Positions 1-11,817 are shown, numbered from the whole stretch's first letter. The stretch: DNA of 63,110 nucleotides, filler included, from Rhabdomonas costata (GCA_019059605.1; 53 parts of 53 records of this genome joined end to end with filler, not necessarily neighbours in it); one strand, 5' to 3'. Made by a program: numbers and translations. The notes: generated by a model from the letters alone, not told the origin.

Positions 1-1091
1 TTTCCAAAAGAAACAAGAAGGCCAGAATAGCCGTGTTAAGGTCGTTTTCTTTTGCTCCTGGACACATCCCACGCACTCTCCTAAACACAACACAGCGCTG
101 AGCAACAAAAGACGCTTTTACAACCCCCCCCCCCATGCTAAATTTCCCAGGCCGTTTCATTCCTCCTCCTTCCTATATGTCGCGCTTTGTGCATTGCCAT
201 TGCTTTTCGTTTTAAACAGCGCGCGAACGCCACGTCAACCCAAACGAATCCGAGGAGATTGTGGGGCGCAACTGTGTTTTGCCCTCACCCTCCATCAACT
301 GTTGATTTTGCCCCTCAGGATCTTGGCTTTCAAGGTTGCACATGCATTTCCTCGGGCGAAACTCTAATCCCGTCTTTCCCCTTTGTTTTTGCCTTTGTAC
401 CGCTGGATACGGAAGTCGAGTGGTATGCCGGCCTCAAGTTGCGCTCTTGGCGTTGTTCACTCAGTGCTGCGAACATCCTGCGAGAGATGACTCGGGACCA
501 GCTCGCAACAGCGGGCTTCTCCAGCGGTGAATTTGTGGTATGCATAATCTAAATTTGGGAAGTATCTTGTTTGGTTAGCGGTGGGCGATGTGTGTGCATT
601 TCGCTTGCAATTCCTTGTCATTCGACGGGTATTGCTTTTGGAGGGGCAGTCCGGATAATAAAGTGCACAAGCAACGCTTCCCTTCAATTCTTGTTTTTGA
701 ATTTTTTTGCCCGCGCCAAATCTTAGCAACTTTGTTTTACAGAATGGTTCATATTGCCCCCATTTCAAATGAATTCCATAGAACCCACCCTTCCCCTGAC
801 TGCCTGTGGAACTAACTTGGCAGCTCTGCTGTTTTCTCCGTTGGGGAGGGGGATTTCCCCTGGAATTTTGGATCTGTGTCTCCCTGATGTGAGTGTTGGT
901 GTCACTTGAGTGCGAGTTGAGCGAATAACTGTCCTTGTGAAGGCTTTGGGTGTAGCAATCGACAAGGCTTCCCTCCGGCTGCATTTGACACCAACTTGTA
1001 GAGCTGACTTTCGCTTTGCTTCCCTTTTACTCGTGAAGAAGAAACAAAGCAGGACAAGACTTGTCGAAGACTTATCTGGACGATGATGTTG

Positions 1092-1191
1092 NNNNNNNNN
1101 NNNNNNNNNNNNNNNNNNNNNNNNNNNNNNNNNNNTTAATTAATTAANNNNNNNNNNNNNNNNNNNNNNNNNNNNNNNNNNNNNNNNNNNN
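1092..1191. other. Artificial contig linker (first of 52): N44-TTAATTAATTAA-N44, with stop codons in all six frames
   Basis: The same 100-bp spacer recurs about every 1.19 kb through the window, and the intervening contigs are all about 1.09-1.13 kb. Confidence 0.99.
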
Positions 1192-2383
1192 GGTGGGGGG
1201 TGGTCTAGCTGGGCGTACGGCTATGTCATGCACCTCCGCTGCCAGGTTCACCCTGGCCGCGCTGGCCTCGGCATACTGCGTCGAGCAGTCCAACGGTCCG
1301 TTGAAGGAGCTTTTCCCTGAGAGTACGCAGCGGCCACAAACGGCGATCTCAGGCTTGTCTGTTGGAAACATTGTACACCCCTCACCCTCTTATGTGTTCA
1401 TTTTCATTTATCGTGCATGGAAGGTTTCAATGGTGCTGAGAGGAAAAAGAAAGGGGAAAACATGAACAGCCGGTAGTGTCGGGAGGTGGGGTTGATGACG
1501 TGGCTCGAAACCCTAACGATCAACTTCGTGAGCCTTGAAGCTTGTCCTCGAGGTAGGCCAGATCCTGCTGTCTGCAACACCAAAAAAGTCCAGTTCTTTA
1601 TCCTGAATCGAGGACAAGTCAAGGGATGGCCTTGAAATCAATGCCTTCCGCCTACATCTTAATTTGGATGTGGATTGAAAACTGAAAGCGACGAGATATC
1701 CTCCTTTGCTCCAGTATCCCACCCAATGTCCTGCTTTGCTATCACGTCTACCATACATTTTTGCTTGTCGGGCTTAGCGCTGCTGATTGAGCCATTCTTT
1801 TTCTCAAAGGGGAGAACTCCTTGGTGGAGCGTGCCGTTCTGGCCAGCCCCCCTCTGGGGCTGCGGTCCCCGTGCGATAAGAAACGTGATGCCGAGGTGCA
1901 CAGAAGGGGCCCTGCCGTGCCTGTCACCGCAGGCTTTCGCCATAGGGAGCGCCTGTAAACCCCTCTTCGCGACGAGCAGGGTGGTTTTTGTTTTCGCCCT
2001 TCTGTGTGTTGCTTTGTGTGTGTGTGTGCGGCTGTTCCCCGTGCACACGTGCTGTGTTCGTGGATCGGTCTTTCATGTGCTGCGAACGTCCTTCTTCGCA
2101 GCTGGGTCGGAGGTTGTAGGCTGCGAGTCGCACTCTTCTGCGATTTTGCTGGGCGTGCTGCTAGTACCCTGGCTGTTGTGCTGTCTCTGTTTGGTTTGCT
2201 TTCGGGGTCTGTGTGGAGAGAAGCGATAGAAGTTGCCTGCCTTCGAGGGTGTTTCGTCGCATGACCTTTCACCAACCCCTGAGNNNNNNNNNNNNNNNNN
2301 NNNNNNNNNNNNNNNNNNNNNNNNNNNTTAATTAATTAANNNNNNNNNNNNNNNNNNNNNNNNNNNNNNNNNNNNNNNNNNNN

Positions 2384-3475
2384 GTGTGTTGTGCCCTATT
2401 GACCAGCTGGTGCTCCCTCTGGACCCACCGGTCTCGGATTTGCTGAACGGCGGGTGGTTCATGGGCAACTACTTCCTTTCTCAAGAAACGCCGTCTGTGA
2501 ATGTGGTGGGCCTTCTTGAGATTTCGGACCAGAAAACCTTCCCGCGCTCGGTAGCGGGGCAGCCGATGGACCTCGTGCTTGGCCTTCGCAGCACGGGTGT
2601 CACTCCAGGCTGGGTGACGGTCTCTGTTGTTGCAAACCAATATTTCCAAAACGGGCAGTTGTGGTGGAGTCTCGGGGCGTTTAACGGCTCCTCACTGTGC
2701 CCTCTGGACTTTAGCCGACTGTACTTCGTTTGTGAGTTGACTAACGTGCAACTAAACTTCTGGGCGGACACCAACGTGCATTTCTTTTTCACCCCGAACT
2801 CCTACCTCGTGGGCTCAATTGCCCTTCAGTTCGTGCTGGACGCAGATGGATGCAGCAGAGTCACCGCGGACCTGACGCCCCAGGTGACTGTGCTGGGTCT
2901 GTTCTCCTTGAACAGCACCCGTGTCAGCCCCGCCACGCCCGTTGCTGGGCAGCAGTTGCAGGTCATTTTGGGGTTTATCAACGAGGCGGTGTTCTCCGGC
3001 GTCAGCTTCCAAATGATGGCTGCGGAAGCAACGAAGTTTCATTCGTTGGAGATCAGTTCGGGCCCAACTGTTGTCAGGGATATTGTCATTCCAGTGAGCT
3101 ATGTTCTCCCCGGGACGCTCGTTCTGGTCGGAGACAGTCCGACCAACTTTTGGCCTTGCGTCCAAGATGCCAGTGGGGCGGTGTTTTTGTGCAATATTAC
3201 TTCCATTCCTTTCCCCACCGGGCTTCTGACAGATGTCTACCTGTGGTTTACACCCAACATCAGCGTTGTTAACATGTTGACTTTTGTTGGTGCGCAGGTC
3301 ACCTCAACTGGTGGGTACTTCGCTGACCTGACTTGCCCGATTCCTGTCACGCTGTATTCCACCTTGATTCAGGATCCCTCGTTCCTTACGGGAATGAATG
3401 TGAGTGCTGAGGCTGGCGAGCTCCTGAATTTCTCCTTTGCAGTTCGTACCCTCGACGTGAATTCCACCAACCCCC
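2384..3475 (+). CDS. Fragment of a large, probably extracellular protein with tandem ~135-aa beta-sandwich (DUF11/Ig-like) repeats
   Basis: The frame is open across the whole contig. Internal repeat: AGQPMDLVLG..C..FVCELTNV..VHFFFTPN..ADLT versus AGQQLQVILG..C..FLCNITSI..VYLWFTPN..ADLT, with a third unit starting AGELLNFSF. Several N-x-S/T sequons. Confidence 0.7.
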
Positions 3476-3575
3476 NNNNNNNNNNNNNNNNNNNNNNNNN
3501 NNNNNNNNNNNNNNNNNNNTTAATTAATTAANNNNNNNNNNNNNNNNNNNNNNNNNNNNNNNNNNNNNNNNNNNN

Positions 3576-4120
3576 GGTGTGGACCTGGCCGTGGAACATC
3601 CGTGGTGCATCCCCTGCAGCTGCAGGCGGACTTTGGTAAGGACTGCGGGGCAGTGGCCGCTCGCCAACAGGACGAGCAGTACTTCGTCCGGTGCCACAGG
3701 GCCAGCGTGCGCTTCGCCTGGGTGGGGCCCGTCTTCCTCGGGCTTCTTGCAGAAGCTGTTCCGGGCGTACCGCTCGCGGCACCCAGGCTCCGGCCGCTTG
3801 GTGTACTCGGACCTTTGGTGCCGAGTGTCGGTGGGGGTCGCCAAAGCAGTGGGGCGTCAGCTGGGTTGTGTGTCGCGCGTACCGACCCAGTGCTGCGCAG
3901 CACAGCACGTCGTCCCCGTGGGTGTATCCTGGGGCGCCGCAGGCTGGGCATAGGGCAGCTTCCAGGGAGGGGAAAACGGGGACCCCGAACCAGCGCTGGC
4001 AGAGCATTGGAAATTCGTCGGGGTGAAAGAGGAGGCCGAGGGCGGCACTGGGGGGTGCACTCAGCCAGGCCAAGGCGTGCGGCTGGGCCTGACAGAGCCT
4101 GCGGAACCTCTCGCAGGGCG
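3576..4120. mobile_element. Degenerate non-LTR retrotransposon of the restriction-like-endonuclease (CRE/R2/NeSL-type) class; two segments in opposite orientation
   Basis: Minus strand ~4073-3870 gives WLSAPP..LGL..EF..R.FG.PV..CPACG..GDD.LCC..GRYARH (CCHC-knuckle region, His replaced by Asp). Plus strand 3576-3865 gives frameshifted DLAVEHP..GWGPSSSGFLQKLF..LWCRVSVGVAKAVGRQL, resembling the RLE endonuclease C-terminus. Confidence 0.7.
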
Positions 4121-4768
4121 GAGCTTGGGCGTCCCAGAGAGTCTTTAATTATACGCATTAATAATCTACAAGCGCAGGAAAGTGGTTATGAATCGCAGTT
4201 ATGTATTGATCACTTTTCCCCATTCTCAATATGTAATCTGAATCTGAAAAGCTGAAATACAGTGACGTTTTGCTGGGTCACATTGCTAGATCTTTTTTCT
4301 TTTCCATGAGCTTACAGTTTGTCCTGATAGCCTGCGTGTTGGCTTTCTTGTTGCTCAGCTATTTTGCCCCCCTTAGTCTCATTTTTCCTTCCTCCAAAAT
4401 GAGGAGGCTTCTTGCAGGTAACCGTGATTTGACGAATCTTTTTTTTCGCTTGAATTGCGCCAATTTGGTTCCATCGATGGCAATGGGCTTATTTAATGGG
4501 AAAACAGCGGGGCAAGGGGAAAGAAGGTTCTCAACATACTGAGAGTGTTTCGGGCCCATGCATAATTTGGAATGTTATTCACCACCCCTTTTGTTTTGTG
4601 CACCCCAGCACTGGGGGATAGACCCTCGTTGTGATGTATGACGTCAGAAGGTGGTTCCCACCAAAACCNNNNNNNNNNNNNNNNNNNNNNNNNNNNNNNN
4701 NNNNNNNNNNNNTTAATTAATTAANNNNNNNNNNNNNNNNNNNNNNNNNNNNNNNNNNNNNNNNNNNN

Positions 4769-5860
4769 CGCCCGTGTGCTGATGTACAACCCCGAGCTGG
4801 GCCGCGAGGGCGGGATGGTCCCGCTGTGCACCCCCGAGGAGATGAGCCTGCGCTGTGCCCGCAGCCTGGTCCGGGCCGGGATCCAGCACCTCCACGCCAC
4901 GCCACCCCACGCCTACGTCGCTCTTCCCACGCTGTACCCCGCGGTGAAGCTGACGGACCACATGGGGTGGCCCCTGCCCTCCTCCGCGGTGCCCGCGAAC
5001 CCCTTCCTGGTCCCCCTGTGCCAGGGTGTGGAGGTTCTGGCAGTGTGCCCCTCCTCCAGAACTCCAGAAGAGCTGGAGCTGAAGGCCACTGTGCCTTCGC
5101 AGCTGAAGAGCCAGGCTGACGTCCTGCTGGCGAAGCTTGACGCGGCCTTTCTGAATCTCTCTATTACAGTGGCCTCCAGCAAGCCCCCGCCTCCCTTGGG
5201 GGCACCCGTCGCACCCCCGCCGCCAGTGGAGCAGCCTCCTGGAATGGCTCCCTTGTTGGTTCCCCGAAGCTTTTCCGGGCCAGTGGCCAGCCCTGCTGTA
5301 GGGCCTCCTCCTGTCGGTGGTGGTCCTCCCGGGTTGGGGTTTGGAATCCCCGGGTTTCCACCTCTATCACCACCTATACCCATAAAAGCCCTGCCAGTGA
5401 ACATACCGCAGCCCTCTTTTGGGGTGTCTCCAACACCGACCCCTGCGACAGGAGAGCTTGGCACCGCTGGCACGGAGGCCTACCGGCAGATTCTCATGCT
5501 GGACGTTTGCCAGGCTGAGCTGCAGCTAATGCGGAAGAAGAACTTCCTGCTGCGCCAGCGCGACCTCATCGAAAAGCGCCGGCGGTCCGCCAGGGAGACT
5601 CTCTTGGCCCTTCAAAAGGCCCCTGCGGTTGGGTCGGCACAACTCATCCCGACCTTACCGGCCCCCGAACCCCGTCCCGAGAAGCTCCGCCGCCGCACCA
5701 AGGCCTCCTCCCCAGAGAAGAAGGTCAAGAAGCGGAAGCCTTCCCCTGAACCGGTGAGTGATAGCTCCACCGATGCGTCCCGAAGCCCACGACCAGGCCA
5801 CCGCAACAAGCACCGCTCGTCTACAAAGCGGTCCGCTAAGGGAGGTGACCACCCCCCCAC
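4769..5860 (+). CDS. Uncharacterised protein fragment with a Pro-rich middle, a coiled-coil-like segment and a basic/Ser-rich tail
   Basis: GC-rich frame open across the whole contig; no recognised domain. Confidence 0.55.
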
Positions 5861-6073
5861 NNNNNNNNNNNNNNNNNNNNNNNNNNNNNNNNNNNNNNNN
5901 NNNNTTAATTAATTAANNNNNNNNNNNNNNNNNNNNNNNNNNNNNNNNNNNNNNNNNNNNGTGGGGTGGTAAAAAAAGAAATAATTTATTACATTCAATA
6001 ATAAGTAAATATGGTTATGAGAAAGGTGTTGATTTTTTAAATAATATTATTAGAATGGTTACAAATTTTAATT

Positions 6074-6945
6074 TTCTTTTCGTTTCTTTTGTTATAACAA
6101 TATCTCCAATATGTGCAGATGAACCATTTTGTAAATTAAAATTTGTAACCATTCTAATAATATTATTTAAAAAATCAACACCTTTCTCATAACCATATTT
6201 ACTTATTATTGAATGTAATAAATTATTTCTTTTTTTACCACCAACTGCATCTTTTGCTATAATACCATCTTTTATTTTTCCATTTTCAATAATTAAAGTA
6301 AAATTATCTCTTACTAATTTCAAATTTATATTTTCTGGTATAATATATGATATTAAATCTCTTCCATTTACTGTCTTATTTTTATCAAAATATATATTTT
6401 TCTTTTGTATAGACGCTGCTGATAATAAATTCATTGCTGTTTTATATGATATTTCCATATTACCACGAGACATCAAATATAAACCAATTAAACCATCTTG
6501 GACTACAGATATAATTGGAGAACTAGATGCTGGTGTAATTAATTGATACATTACATTTGTAATATTTTTTAATTCAATTTGTGATTGAATATTTTGAGGG
6601 ACAATCATATTCATTTCATCAACGTCAAAATCTGCATTATATGGTGGTGTTACTGCTATATTTAATCGAAATGTTGCAAGATGTTCATTTCTAATAATTT
6701 TTACAATATGTCCCATCATTGACTGCATGTGTAACGTGGGTTGACGATTAAACAACACAATATCACCGTCTTGTAAATGTCTTTCAACAATATCACCATA
6801 TTTAAGTACAATTGTATGTTTTCCATATCGTAAATCAATGGGCATTTGTTTCCCATTAAAACGTTCAACAGGTATAACGTAATTTGCACCGGGGTATATA
6901 TCTCTTCCGTTTCTTACATGTTGTTCAAGTCGTTTTATATTGTAT
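6074..6945 (-). CDS. DNA-directed RNA polymerase largest subunit (Rpb1-like), internal fragment, probably from a giant virus (Nucleocytoviricota, Mimiviridae-like)
   Basis: Motifs YPGANY, GDIVERHLQDGDIVLFNRQPTLH..SMMGH, TFRLN..VTPPYNADFDVDEMN and VVQDGLIG. Intronless and very AT-rich, unlike the host contigs. The ORF-track ends (6015-6073 and 6950-7049) are fold-back duplications, not real coding sequence. Confidence 0.9.
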
Positions 6946-8872
6946 GATGTTACAATATAAAACGACTTGAACAACATGTAAGAAACGGAAGAGATATATA
7001 CCCCGGTGCAAATTACGTTATACCTGTTGAACGTTTTAATGGAAAACAAAAANNNNNNNNNNNNNNNNNNNNNNNNNNNNNNNNNNNNNNNNNNNNTTAA
7101 TTAATTAANNNNNNNNNNNNNNNNNNNNNNNNNNNNNNNNNNNNNNNNNNNNTTTTGTTTGTGGAATTGTGTCGGTCATGTGCTTCTGGGCGAGGGCCCA
7201 TCCTCCCTTGCTTCCTCGAAATGCGATTCGCCGAAAGGTGCGCGTGCGTGCGTGTGCGTGTACAAGCGATGGTATAGAAGGGCGGTATTGTCCCCCGACC
7301 CCGACCTCGACTCCGAAAGCTCCAGAAGATGAGGTGCGAACCCGGTGCCTCTGCTCTGCGTATAGGAAGTGGGTTTTTCCACCCACCCTCGTCCTACTCA
7401 CCATCCTTTTTTCCCTCCTCGATGCGCGATGTGATGCTGGTGGCGAGCGCTGATGTGACTGTGCTGACACGCCAACGGCATTCGGGTTGGGGGCGAACAC
7501 CCCCCATTCCCCTCCGAGGGGGTGCACAGTGGAGATTGCCACCCAGCTGTGTGTGTGCGTGTGTGCGTGAAGATCTGTGTGGTGTGGTGTTTGCCGCTGT
7601 ATGAGTAATTGCTGCGTGGAAAGCGGAGCTGACCCGGCGCCTTCCGCGTGCCTGCCAAGGGTACGAGGATTGGTACGAGGAGGGCTATGCCGCTCCTGGT
7701 CTGCGGGCTTTCCCCCCTCTCTATTCCCTATTGCAACCCCCAGCTCTGTGTCTGTAGGCTTTTTCTTTGCCCTGTAACTGACCTGAGCCCTTTACCGTCA
7801 AAATGGAAAGAGATGGGTTGAGGGACGTCCCTCCCCGGCTGTTCAGAGGACAGCCCTGTTCTTAGTGTGGTGCTGTGTTGTTTTTTCTTGTTTTGGGTGG
7901 CGGCGGGTAAGCGAGCTGCAGAGTTCCACGACATTCGTGACATAGTGCGACGACATTCGACGTCTTCGGTGCCAGTGGACCCGCAGCCCACCAGGGACTT
8001 TGAACTTGCGTAAACCCTACTTGATTTCCCATGCTGTCCCTGAAGCCGTTGTCCTTCCATCCGCGTACTTCCAACTGCTGGAGCAGCTGTGCTAAGATTC
8101 GGCTTTCCCCTCATGTGCCGTGCAGTGGTGATGGGGCCTTTTCTGGACTCTGTTTATTTTGTCAGGCAGATCTTGTGCTCTTGTCTTTTTTTTTCTTTCT
8201 TCTTGGAGGTGTCCGTCACGATGGCGACAAGATCACCAACAAACNNNNNNNNNNNNNNNNNNNNNNNNNNNNNNNNNNNNNNNNNNNNTTAATTAATTAA
8301 NNNNNNNNNNNNNNNNNNNNNNNNNNNNNNNNNNNNNNNNNNNNTTGTTGTGGTTCTTTGTGTGATGCGAGTGTGCAGTTTTTCATTGTGTAAAAATCTG
8401 TCAAATTCTTGTTTTCTCTGTGCCGACCACTTTGCATGGTGACTCCGGTTGGAACGTGTGTTGGAACGTCATGTCTGTGCTACAAGGGGTGAATTCTGCA
8501 TGTTGACGTTGCGCTATTGTACCCTTTTTTCTTGAGGGACGAGGTGGTTAGCTCTGTCTGTTCATCCTCAGTCTGGGTGGTGACATTTTTCTGGAGAGGC
8601 TGAGATAAGAGCCCGAGCAATCCGGCCGGCATGGGAAGGAAAAAGGGCGGCGACTTCTACGACGACAAAAGCGCTGAAGCAGCACGTGAAAAGACCTCCC
8701 GAGCCGCAACTACCAGTCAGTGGTTGGTTTCTAATGTTTCGTTACCTTCGTCATCAATTCTGTCTGCAGTGGTGCAGGGAAGGGCCAGCAGCCTTTAGTG
8801 CCTCTTGGCCCCCCGCCCTGACTCTCCTTTCTCTCTTACTCCAACGCATCGTCCCTTGCCCTCAAGTAACTA

Positions 8873-9084
8873 ATGGCCGCTGAGGAAGAGTCCTACCTGC
8901 GGGCCCTGCTGGCGGGGCTTCCTGTACAAGTCCTCCGCACCCCTGCCGAGGGCCGTGCCCTGCACGCCGCCCGGGCACTACCCCGTGGCACAGTGGTGTA
9001 CTCCGAGGTCCCTGTAGTGGCGATGCAGAGCCTCCCCAACCGCCCGCTCTGTGCGGTCTGCGCGCGGTGCCTACGATTTGTCGG
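8873..9084 (+). CDS. SET/MYND-domain lysine methyltransferase (SMYD5/ATXR2-like), first coding exon
   Basis: GRALHAARALPRGTVVYSEVPVV (SET N-terminal strands) followed by CAVCARCLRFVG; GT donor at 9085; pyrimidine tract and AG just upstream of the ATG. Confidence 0.75.
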
Positions 9085-9540
9085 GTGTGCCACCCACCCA
9101 TACCCACCACCCACACATGCATCAGGCTGGTGTCTGGGGTGTGACACCTCACAAAGGGCACAACTAGGGCGCTGCGCACCGGCGCAAGCGGACAGATACA
9201 TGGACATTTTCCCGTTGCGTTGGCCGCGCATACTAAACCCTCAACTTACTACTCTCAATTCGTTTCGTTTCGGGTACAAAAGTGAGAGGGAGGTTGCTTG
9301 CGCGGTGTGGTTGGTATCATGCACTGTGCGTGCGCTATGCTGGGAAACCCGAAAAGCCGTAGAAAACGCGGCGTGCGTTCCGCTCCGCAGAGATTTTTCT
9401 CCCTACACAAACACAGCGGCACCACCACCACACCCCNNNNNNNNNNNNNNNNNNNNNNNNNNNNNNNNNNNNNNNNNNNNTTAATTAATTAANNNNNNNN
9501 NNNNNNNNNNNNNNNNNNNNNNNNNNNNNNNNNNNNGTTG

Positions 9541-9598
9541 TTTGTGAAGCTTCTTCATTGGTACACGTGCACGTGTACCAATGAAGAAGCTTCACAAA
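9541..9598. repeat. Perfect 58-bp palindrome at a contig start (probable amplification fold-back)
   Basis: TTTGTGAAGCTTCTTCATTGGTACACGTG is followed immediately by its reverse complement. Confidence 0.85.
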
Positions 9599-10855
9599 TA
9601 ATGTACCAATGTGCACTTGTCAGGAAATTTGAGATTTCACCTTCCTACACTGCAAGCCGTCAGTGCAAGGGTGGAGCTGGGAAATCGATCAGAGGGGTTG
9701 CCTTCAGGAAGGATAGCTGGTCTTGTGCAGTTTGGCTTTCTCTTTAGCTGTTCTTTTTTCCGGTGTAGGGTGCCAAGGAGCACCGTCTCAGCGCCCTACA
9801 CTGTATTCTCCACCTCCTGGGCACCTCTCTTCGGCTACCTGTCCAGCAGCCAGCTACTTCCCCGTCGGGGGGACCTCTGACCTCTGCGCTGAGCACTGAC
9901 TCCGCCACAGCCACCTTGGCTTCAACGATGGGCCCACATCCTGTGGAGATCAGGTAACCCACTTTTTCCCTCTACCTAGTTTTTTTTGGCACAGACGCGG
10001 TATGTCCCCTTTCTTTTGCCAAGCGTCCCGGAACATCCATTCATGGATTGATGTGTTCCGGAACATGCACGGTTTTCAGTTTCTGCTCCTTGTGTCACCT
10101 TAGATCGTTGACACCGCCCTCGAGGCTCTTACGGCCAGCTCGATTGGATCCTCCTGAGGTATCTGTGACCTCCGAGTAGGGCTGACGCTTTTCTCCATTC
10201 CGAGTGTGCTGTTCCTGCATGATGTGTGTACGTGTGTCCCTGTGGTTGAAGCACATTCCTTCTTTCGCAATCGCTTTGAGCTAGGAGCCATTCTTCGACT
10301 GACCCAAGCCGACCTTCAAAAGCGCCAACTTCAGCCTTTCTGCAGGCTTTTGGGGCCGTCGCAACCACAATGGATCACGATGCCACTCAGGGAAAACGCA
10401 AAGCTGAAGCTGAGCCAGTGGAAGCCCTGAGTCGGATGCCGCCGCACAGTGCCCCAATTCTTCCGTCCGCTAACGCCACCGTCTCTTTGGACATCAGTGA
10501 AACTTCAGGTGAAGCACCATTCGTAATGCGTGTGGCAGTCAGGCGACGTCCGTCACCGGATCTAATAGCGGAAGCAAAAAGAAGAAGCCCTTTCCTGACC
10601 GACGGCCCAAACGCAATGACAAAACACCNNNNNNNNNNNNNNNNNNNNNNNNNNNNNNNNNNNNNNNNNNNNTTAATTAATTAANNNNNNNNNNNNNNNN
10701 NNNNNNNNNNNNNNNNNNNNNNNNNNNNGATAACGTATAACACCCCCCAAATGCACCAAACCCCTGCAACCGAAACTTTTGCACAACCATTTGACGGCGT
10801 CTCCCAACCTCGTGCTCCTCCTTGCCCGGCTTTTGCATGCCCTGGTGAATCGCAG

Positions 10856-11817
10856 GTGATAGCATCGCCGTTGCTTGCTTTGACAGCCCTATGCGCGTCC
10901 TTAGCCTTGGCACTGGGGTGGAGCTACTGAAGTGCACAACACTAAGAGGATATCCAGCGTACTCTGTGCGCTTCAGCCCTGACGGGAGATATCTTCTCAG
11001 CGGCACCGGCAACTGCACCGCGAAGCTGTATGACACCCTTGGTGGGTCGCCGGTGGTTACCTATCTGGGTCACGAGAGCACTGTACGCTGAGCGAACCTC
11101 CCTTTCTTTTTCGCTGCTGGGATTTCTTTCACCTTTCGGTGACGGCTGCCGCTAGAAAGAAGTGAAGGGCTTGCGTAGTTACTTTTTGGTTAGCGGAAGG
11201 AAGCTATTTGTGACGCACTCGATGAAGGATGACGGAAGGATGAATTCCACTCGTTGACTTTTGGTTAGCGGTATTTTTTCTGGGGGGAAATTCTAATATT
11301 AAGCTTACATTTGCGAGCACGCAGTATTTCTTCAGAATGTTTGCATCGCCCTTTTTCGGATCTTCCATAACCACGGCAATGGCTATTCTCCGAGGCTCGC
11401 ACACATGGGTCCTTGTGAGTCGCCGCAACGCTCGCATCAACTTGACTGCTGCTTCCGTTTAACCCAGAGCTGGTGTACCGACTGAATAAAGCGGTAGGGT
11501 ATTTCATTAACCTTGGCGTGGCGCAGTGCAGCTTGGGGACGAAACCTGCTCCGCTTCTCTTCAAATGCTTGTGTTACTCCACCCGCTCCTTTCTCATGGA
11601 TTCGTTCTTTGCACAGGTAAGGGGTGTAACCTTCTCTTCTGCGGAATCCAGTCAGCCCGTTATTGCCACGGCGTCTGAGGACCGCACGGCCTGGGTGTGG
11701 CCTTTGATAGGCGGGCCGCCTGTGGCCAAGCTGCGAGGCCATGTCAGAGAGCTGACCTCTGTGGATCTCAATGAAAGAGAATGCCGTCTGGCCGTGACAG
11801 GCTCTTGTGACCACACC
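10856..11817 (+). CDS. WD40-repeat protein, two exons (10856-11082 and 11617-~11817)
   Basis: Spliced reading YSVRFSPDGRYLLSGTGNCTAKLYD..YLGHEST|VRGVTFS..IATASEDRTAWVW..LRGHVRELTSVD..VTGSCDHT; phase-0 GT-AG intron. Confidence 0.9.

Noticed and set aside
1136-1147. TTAATTAATTAA recurring every ~1.19 kb as a regularly spaced repeat or CRISPR-like array
   Set aside because: Always embedded in fixed N44 runs; it is an assembly linker.
6950-7049. N-terminal ~33 aa of the 344-aa polymerase ORF (and its C-terminal ~20 aa at 6015-6073)
   Set aside because: These are translated from reverse-complement fold-back copies of the same gene.
9769-10628. Candidate exons at ~9769-9953, 10104-10158 and 10285-10628
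   Set aside because: Splice signals look plausible, but I could not join them in a consistent frame and recognised no domain.
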